DNA of 32,000 bases from Dickeya dadantii NCPPB 898 (lineage in GTDB: Bacteria; Pseudomonadota; Gammaproteobacteria; Enterobacterales; Enterobacteriaceae), in assembly GCF_000406145.1 (NCBI RefSeq), contig NZ_CM001976.1, forward strand, positions 597,260 to 629,259, read 5' to 3'. Both the position numbers and the translations under genes were made by a program. Under the pieces are notes generated by a model. That model did no database searches. It was given only the letters and a program-made list of their open reading frames with translations, and was not told the origin of the DNA. Below are positions 17,692-25,707 of the stretch, in pieces (within the stretch, counting starts at the first letter, position 1; every line of letters begins with the position of its first letter).

Positions 17692-17720
17692 GACCACATA
17701 GGGGTGTACCCTATGTGGTC
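17692..17720. terminator. bidirectional hairpin between convergent apbE and the leuA-like gene
   Basis: GACCACATAGGG-GTGTA-CCCTATGTGGTC is a perfect 12-bp stem. Flanking T-tracts are weak. Confidence 0.45.
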
Positions 17721-17744
17721 GTCATCTGGTCATCGGTGTCCCGG

Positions 17745-19439
17745 TCAGTCAACTGCCGCCATGTCCGCAGAGAAGCGGGCTGCTGCGCTCAGTACTGCCA
17801 GAATCGACGCGGTAGTGATGTTCGTATGTCGGCCTACGCCAAAGCGTGAACCGGGTACACCGGGTATGGCCGCTTCGACAATCGCCAGTGCTACCGCGTT
17901 GGAGCCCGCGCCCAGGCTGCGTTCTTCATAGCTGTCTATGCGTAGCGGTAAGCCCAGCGCTGCCACCGTCGCGGCAATCGGGCCGTTGCCTGTTCCCTCG
18001 ACAACCCTGACGTCGCTATCCGTATGAACCAGTTCCAGTGCGATACCTTGTCCGTCGGTATGATCGAACAGGCGGTGGTGGCGATAGATAAAGCCGGGTT
18101 GTTCTTGCATCGGAACAAGGTATGTGCGTTCGAACAGCGCCCATATTTGCTCGCTGGCCAGTTCCGTTTCGCTGGCGTCGGCCAGCGCTTGTACGATAGT
18201 GCTGAACTCTACCTGCATTCGACGCGGCATGACGATGCCGTGGTCGCGTTGTAGCAAGAACGCGATACCGCCTTTCCCCGACTGGCTATTGACGCGCACG
18301 ATGCTGTCGTAAGTACGCCCGAGGTCCTTGGGGTCAATCGGCAGATACGGCACGCACCACGGCCTGTCGGCCTGTTGTGCGAGTTGTGAGTATTGTGCGG
18401 CGAAACCCTTGGCGATGGCATCCTGATGCGAGCCGGAAAAGGCCGTGAAGACCAGGTCGCCTACATACGGGTGACGTGGGTGAATGGGCAGCGCGGTACA
18501 TTCTTCGGCGACACGAGCAACCGCCGCAATGTCAGAGAAATCCAAACCCGGCGCAATACCCTGCGTATACAGGTTCAACGCTAGCGTGACGACATCGACG
18601 TTGCCGCTGCGCTCGCCATTGCCAAACAGACAACCTTCGACACGCTGCGCACCAGCCAGCAGAGCCTGTTCGGCACAGGCAACGCCCGTCCCCCTGTCGT
18701 TGTGTGGATGCACCGACAGCACAATGTGCTCACGCCGTGCCAGCCGCCGATCCATCCATTCGATTTGGTCGGCGAAGACGTTAGGCGTAGAAACTTCAAC
18801 CGTGGTTGGCAGATTGATGATCATCGTTCGTTGTGGCCCGGCATCCCAGGCGTGAATGGCGGCGTTGCAGACGGACAGTGAAACGTCCAGCTCGGCCATG
18901 CAGAAGGTCTCGGGTGAGTATTGCAAGACCCACTCGGTTTCCGGGTGGGCTGCCGTTAGCCGTTTGAACAGCGCAATGTGGCGTTCCACCATGTCGATAA
19001 TCTGCGGCACGCTCATGCCGAACACGGTTTCGCGCCAGACGGGAGCAATGGCATTGTAGAAATGTACGATGACACGCCGTGCGCCAGCCACACAGCGTAC
19101 CGTTTCGGCGATCAGGTCCTCGCGCAATTGCGTCATGACCATCGGGGTGACGTCTTCGGGAATCTGTTCTGTGTCAATCAGGTGGCGCACTATCTCGAAA
19201 TCCGTACGCGAGGCGGCGGGAAAGCCCACTTCAATTTCCTTGAAACCAAGGCGTACCAGTTCATGGAACAAGCGCAGCTTGCGCTCGCGGTTCATGGGTT
19301 CAAACAGCGCCTGATTGCCATCGCGTAAGTCGGTGGACAACCAGATGGGGGCTTGTGTCAGGGTACGTGACGGCCATTGACGATCGACAAGATTGACCAG
19401 CGGGGCCGGGCGGTATTTCTGGGAAGGATCGATCAGCAT
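17745..19439 (-). CDS. 2-isopropylmalate synthase, long (LeuA type 2, actinobacterial/pseudomonad-like) form
   Basis: Start at ATG 19439 (GGAG 8 nt upstream; the ORF-track start is a GTG 9 nt earlier), 564 aa. It has LRDGNQA and HPHNDRGTG catalytic motifs and the YLPIDPKDLGRTY and NSQSGKGG linker. A C-terminal LeuA-dimer regulatory domain is present. Colinear with the recalled M. tuberculosis LeuA core. Confidence 0.88.
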   Translation of the reverse strand: MLIDPSQKYRPAPLVNLVDRQWPSRTLTQAPIWLSTDLRDGNQALFEPMNRERKLRLFHELVRLGFKEIEVGFPAASRTDFEIVRHLIDTEQIPEDVTPMVMTQLREDLIAETVRCVAGARRVIVHFYNAIAPVWRETVFGMSVPQIIDMVERHIALFKRLTAAHPETEWVLQYSPETFCMAELDVSLSVCNAAIHAWDAGPQRTMIINLPTTVEVSTPNVFADQIEWMDRRLARREHIVLSVHPHNDRGTGVACAEQALLAGAQRVEGCLFGNGERSGNVDVVTLALNLYTQGIAPGLDFSDIAAVARVAEECTALPIHPRHPYVGDLVFTAFSGSHQDAIAKGFAAQYSQLAQQADRPWCVPYLPIDPKDLGRTYDSIVRVNSQSGKGGIAFLLQRDHGIVMPRRMQVEFSTIVQALADASETELASEQIWALFERTYLVPMQEQPGFIYRHHRLFDHTDGQGIALELVHTDSDVRVVEGTGNGPIAATVAALGLPLRIDSYEERSLGAGSNAVALAIVEAAIPGVPGSRFGVGRHTNITTASILAVLSAAARFSADMAAVD

Positions 19440-19719
19440 GAAAAACACTCCAAAGGAATCGTTGATACCCGACTCCCCTGGCCTGGGACAAGCTGACGAC
19501 GGTCGGGGTCAGGGGGAATCAGGATGGGTCATGGCACGAACACGCGCGCGCCGACCCCGACCGGAAATCAGCGGTAGTAGTCGTTGCGAGAGGGCAAGTG
19601 TAGTCATGAGAGCAATAGACCCTGTTGAGTGATTTACCACCGATTCTAGGTCTTGCACGTTTAGTCTATCTACATAAAAATAGACAAATCCTTTATCAGT
19701 TTGGACAAAATACACGGAC

Positions 19720-20523
19720 ATGAGTTTCTCTTCTCCCCAAGACGGCGGTCATGCGCTTGATCTGAGTGCTGGCGAAGCCTGTGGTCTGCCAGTATTTGGT
19801 GTCGCCGTGCATTACCCCGCAGGCCATGTCGTGCCTTTGCATCATCATCCGTATGGTCATGTGATCTATGCGGATCGCGGCCTGTTGCGTGTGGAAGCCG
19901 AAAGTGGTCAGTGGCTGGTGCCGCCCACGGCGGCAGTCTGGTTGCGGCCGGGGGTGGCACACCGGCTAGTTGTCCCCGTTTCGCTGCAAGCATGCGGTTT
20001 GTTCGTGCGTGAGGAGGTTTTCGATCGTCTGCCGACGGTCGACTGCGTCGTGCATGTCTCGGGTCTGCTGCGTGAGTTGATTATGGCGTTGAGCCGAGTC
20101 GACGACCCGACTGCGTCTTCCCGGCGCATGCGTCTGCTCGGTGCGCTGCTGGTGGAAGAACTGCATACCCAGCCAGTTCTTCCACTGCATCTACCGTGGC
20201 CGATGGGGGAGAACAACCCGATGCTGCGTGTGTGCCAAACGCTGTTGGATAACCCCGGCGATGCCGCTACCGCTACACAGTGGGCTAACCGGCTGTCAAT
20301 GGGCGATAAGACCTTTCACCGGCGCTTTCTCCAGTCGACTGGCATGACCTTCGGCAGATGGCGTCAGCAGTTGCGGTTAATGTCATCACTCACGCTATTG
20401 ATGCAAGGAATGCCGATCACCCAGGTGGCGCTGGCGAGTGGTTACGACAGTCACAGTGCTTACAGCACGGCATTTAGCAAACAATTCGGGCAGCCACCTT
20501 CCGTATTTGTTGCCACCAGATAG
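19720..20523 (+). CDS. AraC-family transcriptional regulator with N-terminal cupin-like domain
   Basis: 267 aa. The N-terminal His-rich cupin segment reads PLHHHPYGHVIYADRG. The C-terminal double HTH reads WANRLSMGDKTFHRRF...ITQVALASGYDSHSAYSTAFSKQFGQPPS. It is divergent from the leuA-like gene. Confidence 0.85.
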   Translation: MSFSSPQDGGHALDLSAGEACGLPVFGVAVHYPAGHVVPLHHHPYGHVIYADRGLLRVEAESGQWLVPPTAAVWLRPGVAHRLVVPVSLQACGLFVREEVFDRLPTVDCVVHVSGLLRELIMALSRVDDPTASSRRMRLLGALLVEELHTQPVLPLHLPWPMGENNPMLRVCQTLLDNPGDAATATQWANRLSMGDKTFHRRFLQSTGMTFGRWRQQLRLMSSLTLLMQGMPITQVALASGYDSHSAYSTAFSKQFGQPPSVFVATR

Positions 20524-20530
20524 AACCGCT

Positions 20531-20653
20531 GCCCTTCGATGGAGCGTTGCGCAAAGCCGCCTGTTGCCGGATATCATCGCTCGTGAGTCTGGCTTTCGGG
20601 GTCGGAGCCATCTGCGAGAAGTATTCATGCGTGGCTACGGTATTTCGCCTTAG
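20531..20653 (+). pseudogene. 3' remnant of a second AraC-family gene (last HTH only)
   Basis: In a different frame from the intact AraC gene it translates AALRWSVAQSRLLPDIIARESGFRGRSHLREVFMRGYGISP*. This fits the AraC C-terminal pattern (A..LL...IA...GF.s.s.f.r.F...yG.sP) with an apparent internal shortening. No start codon or N-terminal part is present. Confidence 0.45.
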
Positions 20654-21042
20654 TCGATGGGTTTTTATGGAAAAGTGTCACGGTAGCGTCGGCATTTTAT
20701 TGTGGGAACAGGGCAGATAAAATAAAGCGTCGGGATATGAACCCTCATGATTTTATGTTAATCCCCATAAGAGGGTTTTTATTTTACGGGGCATAATTAT
20801 GAACCGGTGTTTTATTTTTTAAGTACTACTCGTCATATTTTTACCGTACTGATAATCCTCATCTTATCCTTGTTTTTTATGAGGTTTTTGTGGGTGTGGA
20901 ACCATGCTGGTTGCGTCCATTACGCCTGTCGGGAACGAATATTATTTAGGTGAATAAAGCGTTACTTTATTTTAAATAAATGTGAATAAATTATTTTCCC
21001 TTGTACCACGCTTTAAACATTGCGATGACATAATAGTGGAAT

Positions 21043-21060
21043 ATTAGTTAATTAACTAAT
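21043..21060. promoter_or_regulatory. perfect 18-bp palindrome, candidate operator upstream of the fusion reductase
   Basis: ATTAGTTAATTAACTAAT equals its own reverse complement. It lies 132 bp upstream of ATG 21192 in a 538-bp AT-rich gap. Confidence 0.3.
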
Positions 21061-21191
21061 TTGATTATTTATAAACTAAAAAGGCAATCATATTAACGTT
21101 ATGACATCGGCCCGCTAAGCAAAATCAAAAACAATAAACCGATAACAAATTTAAAGCATATAAAACATTGGTAATTTATGGAGTCTCTACT

Positions 21192-23969
21192 ATGAGCGTT
21201 AATAACCAGGTACTCAGTCCGTTTACCTTGCCCAATGGCGTCGAGCTTAAAAATCGTCTCCTGATGGCGCCCATGACCACCTGTACCGGCTTTTATGACG
21301 GCACCGTCACCAAAGAGCTGGTGGAGTACTATCAGGTGCGTGCCGGCAGCATCGGCGCGGTGATCGTGGAGTGCTGCTTTATCGACGATAAAGGGCTGGC
21401 GTTTCCGGGCGCGATAGGCATCGACAACGACGACAAGGTCGCCGGGCTGGCGAAGGTCGCGTCGGCCATCAAGGAGAAAGGCTCGAAAGCCATCCTGCAG
21501 ATTTACCACGGCGGCCGCATGGTGGAGCCGAAACTGATTGGCGGCCGGTCGCCGGTCGGGCCGAGCGTCGTCGCCGCGCCGCGGGAAGGGGCGGCGGTTC
21601 CCATCGCGCTGACGGGCGAAGAGGTGGAAGCCATGATCGCCAAATTTGGCGAAGGGGTGCGCCGGGCCATTGAAGCCGGTTTCGACGGCGTGGAAATCCA
21701 CGGCGCCAATACCTACCTGATTCAGCAGTTTTACTCCCCGAACTCCAACCAGCGCACCGACGAATGGGGCGGCAGCCGCGACAACCGCGCCAGATTCCCG
21801 CTCGCCGTGCTGGAAATCACCCACCAGATGGCGCGTCAGTATGCGGATGCGTCTTTCATCATCGGCTATCGTTTCTCGCCGGAGGAAATCGAAGAGCCGG
21901 GCATCCGGTTTGACGACACCCTGTACCTGCTGGAAAAACTGGCGGCGCGCGGGCTGGATTATCTGCATTTCTCAATGGGGTACACCCTGCGCTCGTCCAT
22001 CGTCGATACCACCGATCCCACCCCGTTGATTGGCAAATATGTCGCCATGCGCTCTGACATGCTGGCGAAGGTGCCGGTTATCGGCGTCGGCGGCGTGGTG
22101 AATAAAGCGGATGCCGACGCGGCGCTGGAGCACGGTTACGATCTGGTGGCGGTGGGGAAAGCCTGTATCGCCTATCCGGACTGGGCCGATCGCCTCATCA
22201 ATCAGCAGAAGATCGACCTGTTTATCGACAGCACCCAACGTGAAGCCCTGACCATCCCGGAACCGCTGTGGCGTTTCTCGCTGGTGGAAGCGATGATCCG
22301 CGACATGAGCCTGTCGTCGAAAAAATTCAAGGCGGGCGTCTTCCAGGAAAAAGTGCAGGACGACGCCGGCGAACTGGTGATCAACGTCAGCCTGGAAACG
22401 GACCGCATCGCCGATGTGACGCTGGAGCCGAATCCGCAGCTGAATACCGATTTCGTCAGCAGCTTCGAGGTTATCCGTTCCCGCATTCTTGACGCCAACA
22501 GCCCGCACGTAGATGCGGTCACCGGCGCCACTACCCAAAGCGAAGCGGTGAAAAAAGCGGTGTCCAAAGCGCTGGCCAAGTCCTGCAAAGCGGCGATCAT
22601 GGCGGAAGGCGGCGACCCGGCGGATATGCAGCGTTACGACGTGGTGGTGATCGGCAGCGGCGGCGCCGGTCTGGCCGCGGCGATTCAGGCGTGTGATGAC
22701 GGCGCCAAAGTGCTGATTGTCGAGAAGATGTCGAGCATCGGCGGCAATACCATCAAGGCTTCCGTGGGCATGAACGCGGCGGGAACTCGCTTCCAGAAAA
22801 TAAAAGGCATCGTAGACGACAAGCAGCGCTTCTACGAGGAGACCCTGAAAGGCGGTAAGCTAAAAAATAATCCCGATTTGCTGAAACGATTCGTGGAAGG
22901 TGCGCCGATGGCGATCGAATGGCTGGCGGAGCGCGGCATCGAATTGAACGACATTACCATTACCGGCGGCATGAGCGTGGATCGCACCCATCGACCGGCG
23001 GATGGCTCGGCGGTCGGCGGCTTCCTGATCAGCGGTCTGGTGAAGAATATCAACAAGCGCAATATCGACGTGATGCTGGAGACGTCGGTAGTTGATATCG
23101 TCCATGAAGCCGGCGCGATTACCGGTGTACGGGTGCTCAACGAAGACCATGAACAGCTGATCATCGCCACCAAAGGCGTGGTGGTCGCCACCGGCGGGTT
23201 CAGCGCCAACCGTGAGATGGTGGTGAAGTATCGCCCGGATCTGGACGGCTTTGTCACCACCAACCATAAAGGCGCCACCGGCAGCGGTATCGCGATTCTG
23301 GAGAAAGTGGGCGCCGATACCGTCGATCTGGGGGAAATTCAGATCCACCCGACGGTCGAGCAAACCACGTCTTACCTGATCTCCGAATCCATTCGCGGCG
23401 GCGGCGCGATTCTGGTGAACCAGCAGGGGCATCGCTTCTTTAACGAGATGGAAACCCGCGACAAGGTATCGGCGGCGATCATCAACCTGCCGGAGAAGTA
23501 CGCCTATATCCTGTTTGATGAGCAAGTGAGAACCAAAAACAAGGCGGCGGACGAGTATCTGTCTCGCGGTTTTGTGGTGAGTGGGTCTTCTCCGCGCGAG
23601 CTGGCGGACAAGCTGGCTATCGACTCTCACGCTTTGCTGGCGACGCTGGAGCGCTATAACCAGTTTGTCGAAAAACAGCATGACGACGACTTCGGCCGTA
23701 AAACCGCGTTGCGTCATCCCATCAATCAGGGGCCGTTCTACGCTATCCGCATCGCGCCCGGCGTGCATCACACCATGGGCGGCGTGGTGATCAACACCGA
23801 TACCGCGGTGCTGGATAACAAGAAACGGGTAATCCGGGGCGCTTTCGCCGCCGGTGAAGTGGTGGGCGGCATCCACGGCGGCAACCGCATCGGCGGCAAC
23901 GCCGTCGCCGATATCATCGTTTTTGGTATTCAGGCGGGCCGTAACGCGGCATCCTACGTACAGCTGTAA
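21192..23969 (+). CDS. three-domain flavoprotein reductase: OYE-like NADH:flavin oxidoreductase + FMN_bind (covalent FMN) + FAD_binding_2 fumarate-reductase/urocanate-reductase-like domain
   Basis: Start at ATG 21192 (GGAG 8 nt upstream), 925 aa. OYE motifs LKNRLLMAPMTT and HGANTYLIQQFYSPNSNQRTDEWGGS. Flavinylation motif DAVTGAT at nt 22512-22532. FAD motif DVVVIGSGGAGLAAA. Soluble fumarate-reductase catalytic signatures IHPT, ESIRGGGA, VHHTMGGV and GGNRIGGNA. No signal peptide and no CxxCH haem motif. Confidence 0.85.
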   Translation: MSVNNQVLSPFTLPNGVELKNRLLMAPMTTCTGFYDGTVTKELVEYYQVRAGSIGAVIVECCFIDDKGLAFPGAIGIDNDDKVAGLAKVASAIKEKGSKAILQIYHGGRMVEPKLIGGRSPVGPSVVAAPREGAAVPIALTGEEVEAMIAKFGEGVRRAIEAGFDGVEIHGANTYLIQQFYSPNSNQRTDEWGGSRDNRARFPLAVLEITHQMARQYADASFIIGYRFSPEEIEEPGIRFDDTLYLLEKLAARGLDYLHFSMGYTLRSSIVDTTDPTPLIGKYVAMRSDMLAKVPVIGVGGVVNKADADAALEHGYDLVAVGKACIAYPDWADRLINQQKIDLFIDSTQREALTIPEPLWRFSLVEAMIRDMSLSSKKFKAGVFQEKVQDDAGELVINVSLETDRIADVTLEPNPQLNTDFVSSFEVIRSRILDANSPHVDAVTGATTQSEAVKKAVSKALAKSCKAAIMAEGGDPADMQRYDVVVIGSGGAGLAAAIQACDDGAKVLIVEKMSSIGGNTIKASVGMNAAGTRFQKIKGIVDDKQRFYEETLKGGKLKNNPDLLKRFVEGAPMAIEWLAERGIELNDITITGGMSVDRTHRPADGSAVGGFLISGLVKNINKRNIDVMLETSVVDIVHEAGAITGVRVLNEDHEQLIIATKGVVVATGGFSANREMVVKYRPDLDGFVTTNHKGATGSGIAILEKVGADTVDLGEIQIHPTVEQTTSYLISESIRGGGAILVNQQGHRFFNEMETRDKVSAAIINLPEKYAYILFDEQVRTKNKAADEYLSRGFVVSGSSPRELADKLAIDSHALLATLERYNQFVEKQHDDDFGRKTALRHPINQGPFYAIRIAPGVHHTMGGVVINTDTAVLDNKKRVIRGAFAAGEVVGGIHGGNRIGGNAVADIIVFGIQAGRNAASYVQL

Positions 23970-23978
23970 TTAACGCCA

Positions 23979-24008
23979 GCCTGCGTCAGAAGCCTTTCTG
24001 ACGCAGGC
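23979..24008 (+). other. perfect 13-bp-stem hairpin between the reductase and its apbE
   Basis: GCCTGCGTCAGAA-GCCT-TTCTGACGCAGGC starts 10 nt after the stop. No T-run follows, so it is more likely an mRNA-stability or processing element than a full terminator. Confidence 0.4.
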
Positions 24009-24039
24009 ATGATTCGCTTCTCTTCCGGGGTTATCCGCC

Positions 24040-25020
24040 ATGCCGCCAGACGATCGGGTTTACGCCTATTCCACCGTACTCATGGGGTCGCCGATTCTTC
24101 TCAAATTGTTTGAGCCGAATGAACATCTGGCCTCGCAGGTGTTTGGTCGCATTAAACAACTGGAGGATGCGTTGACCGTTAACCGGGCCGACTCCGAGGT
24201 CATGGATATCAACCATGCGGCAGGTAAACACCCGGTCGTCGTCAGTCAGCCGCTGTTCAATCTGATTAAGCGCGCCAGAGAGGTCAGCCTGCTGGACGAC
24301 AGTTGCTTCAATTTCACCATCGGACCGGTGGTGAAACGCTGGAAAATCGGCTTTCAGGGCCACAGCGTGCCACCCGCTGACGAATTGCGGGCGTTACTGG
24401 CGCTGACCGACCCGCACCACGTCGTGCTCAATGCGCAGCATCGTTCGGTATGGCTGGAAAAGACAGGAATGGAAATCGATCTGGGGGCGATCGCCAAAGG
24501 GTATATCGCCGATGTCGTCAGGCAATTCCTGTACCAGCATCATGTCTATCATGCGTTGATCAATCTGGGCGGCAACGTGCTGGCGCTTGGCAGACCGCAG
24601 AACGGCGGCCAGACGGCCTGGTCGGTCGGCGTGCAAAAACCGTTTGGCGACAACGGCGCGCTTATCGGCATGGTTCACGTGGCGAACAAATCGGTGGTGA
24701 CGTCCGGCATTTACGAGCGTTATTTCGAGTGCGACGGCCGCCTGTATCACCATATTCTCGACCCGAAAACCGGTTACCCGCTGGATAACGAATTGTTCAG
24801 CGTGACCATCATTTCCGATGCCTCCATCGACGGCGACATCTACACCACCCTGATTTACGGTCTGGGGGTGGAAAAGGGGCTGGCGTACCTGTCGCGGTTA
24901 CCGCATATCGAAGCCATTTTCGTCACCAAAGACCGGCGGGTGATTCTCTCCTCGCAGCGACAGTATGATTTTACGCTGTTGGATGCGGAGTATGAGGAGT
25001 ATGAGGTAGCTGCGAGGTGA
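24040..25020 (+). CDS. FAD:protein FMN transferase ApbE, cytoplasmic (no signal peptide or lipobox)
   Basis: 326 aa. ApbE motifs LMGSPILLKLF, AIAKGYIAD and HHILDPKTGYP. The N-terminus MPPDDRVYAYSTV enters the mature domain directly. Confidence 0.85.
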   Translation: MPPDDRVYAYSTVLMGSPILLKLFEPNEHLASQVFGRIKQLEDALTVNRADSEVMDINHAAGKHPVVVSQPLFNLIKRAREVSLLDDSCFNFTIGPVVKRWKIGFQGHSVPPADELRALLALTDPHHVVLNAQHRSVWLEKTGMEIDLGAIAKGYIADVVRQFLYQHHVYHALINLGGNVLALGRPQNGGQTAWSVGVQKPFGDNGALIGMVHVANKSVVTSGIYERYFECDGRLYHHILDPKTGYPLDNELFSVTIISDASIDGDIYTTLIYGLGVEKGLAYLSRLPHIEAIFVTKDRRVILSSQRQYDFTLLDAEYEEYEVAAR

Positions 25021-25032
25021 CAGAGCGACGTG

Positions 25033-25614
25033 CTACGCGTCACCCAGCAGCGCTTTTTTGGCCGCCGCGAGAAATTCATCCGACAACGGGTCCCCGGCGG
25101 TTGCGCGCGCCAGCATCAATGCGCCGACTAACAGGACTGTCTGTGTCAGCGCCTGTTGCCTGCGCTGCTCGTCGTCTTGCGTATCGGCAAGGGACTCTAG
25201 CCTGTCCAGCATGGCTTTCACGCCATTGAGATACACCTCACGTACTGGTTTTTCTTCACTTTCCCGAGCGACATCACTGGCTAACGCGGTGATTGCGCAT
25301 CCGTCCTTGACGTCATCACGGTGGCTGGCAGACAGGTAGCTTTCTACCAGTGTGTGCAGATTGTTTTTCCCCGGCTGTTGACTGATTGCGTGCCATTGTA
25401 TGTTGACGTCTTCAAACGTCTTACGGCTGGCAATTGCGACTAGCTCATCCTTGGAAGCAAAGTGTCCATAGAAGCCACCGTGGGTTAATCCCGCTGCCGC
25501 CATCAAGTCATTCACACTGACGCCGTTCAGGCCGCGTTCACGAAAGAGCTGCGAAGAAACGTGGATGATTTCTTCGCGGTTTCGCTCCATCTGCTGTTTT
25601 GATACACGGGCCAT
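25033..25614 (-). CDS. TetR/AcrR-family transcriptional regulator
   Basis: 193 aa. N-terminal HTH reads FRERGLNGVSVNDLMAAAGLTHGGFYGHFASKDEL. RBS GAGGAG 6 nt upstream. Confidence 0.85.
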   Translation of the reverse strand: MARVSKQQMERNREEIIHVSSQLFRERGLNGVSVNDLMAAAGLTHGGFYGHFASKDELVAIASRKTFEDVNIQWHAISQQPGKNNLHTLVESYLSASHRDDVKDGCAITALASDVARESEEKPVREVYLNGVKAMLDRLESLADTQDDEQRRQQALTQTVLLVGALMLARATAGDPLSDEFLAAAKKALLGDA

Positions 25615-25707
25615 TGCTTTCTCCTCATCACCGGGCAGGCATCATCTTAGTGTATGAAAATAGCAGACTCAATAGATGATGCCTTTCATCAATAATGATC
25701 AAACGGC

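Noticed and set aside
19509-19721. 70-aa ORF on the leuA-like strand starting at the CATG shared with the AraC start
   Set aside because: Its ATG is just the reverse reading of the AraC start palindrome (CATG). There is no RBS, and the N-terminal part crosses the divergent promoter region. Only the internal 32-codon portion was retained, as a speculative leader ORF.
20654-21191. FNR box upstream of the fumarate-reductase-like gene
   Set aside because: The best candidates (TTGATTATTTATAA; CTAAGCAAAATCAA) match only one half-site of TTGAT-N4-ATCAA. This is insufficient to call.
22860-23876. 338-aa ORF (plus 21099-21968 and 21972-22538) antisense to the fusion reductase
   Set aside because: All lie opposite a CDS with clear domain motifs. 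They have no independent signals and no recognisable motifs.
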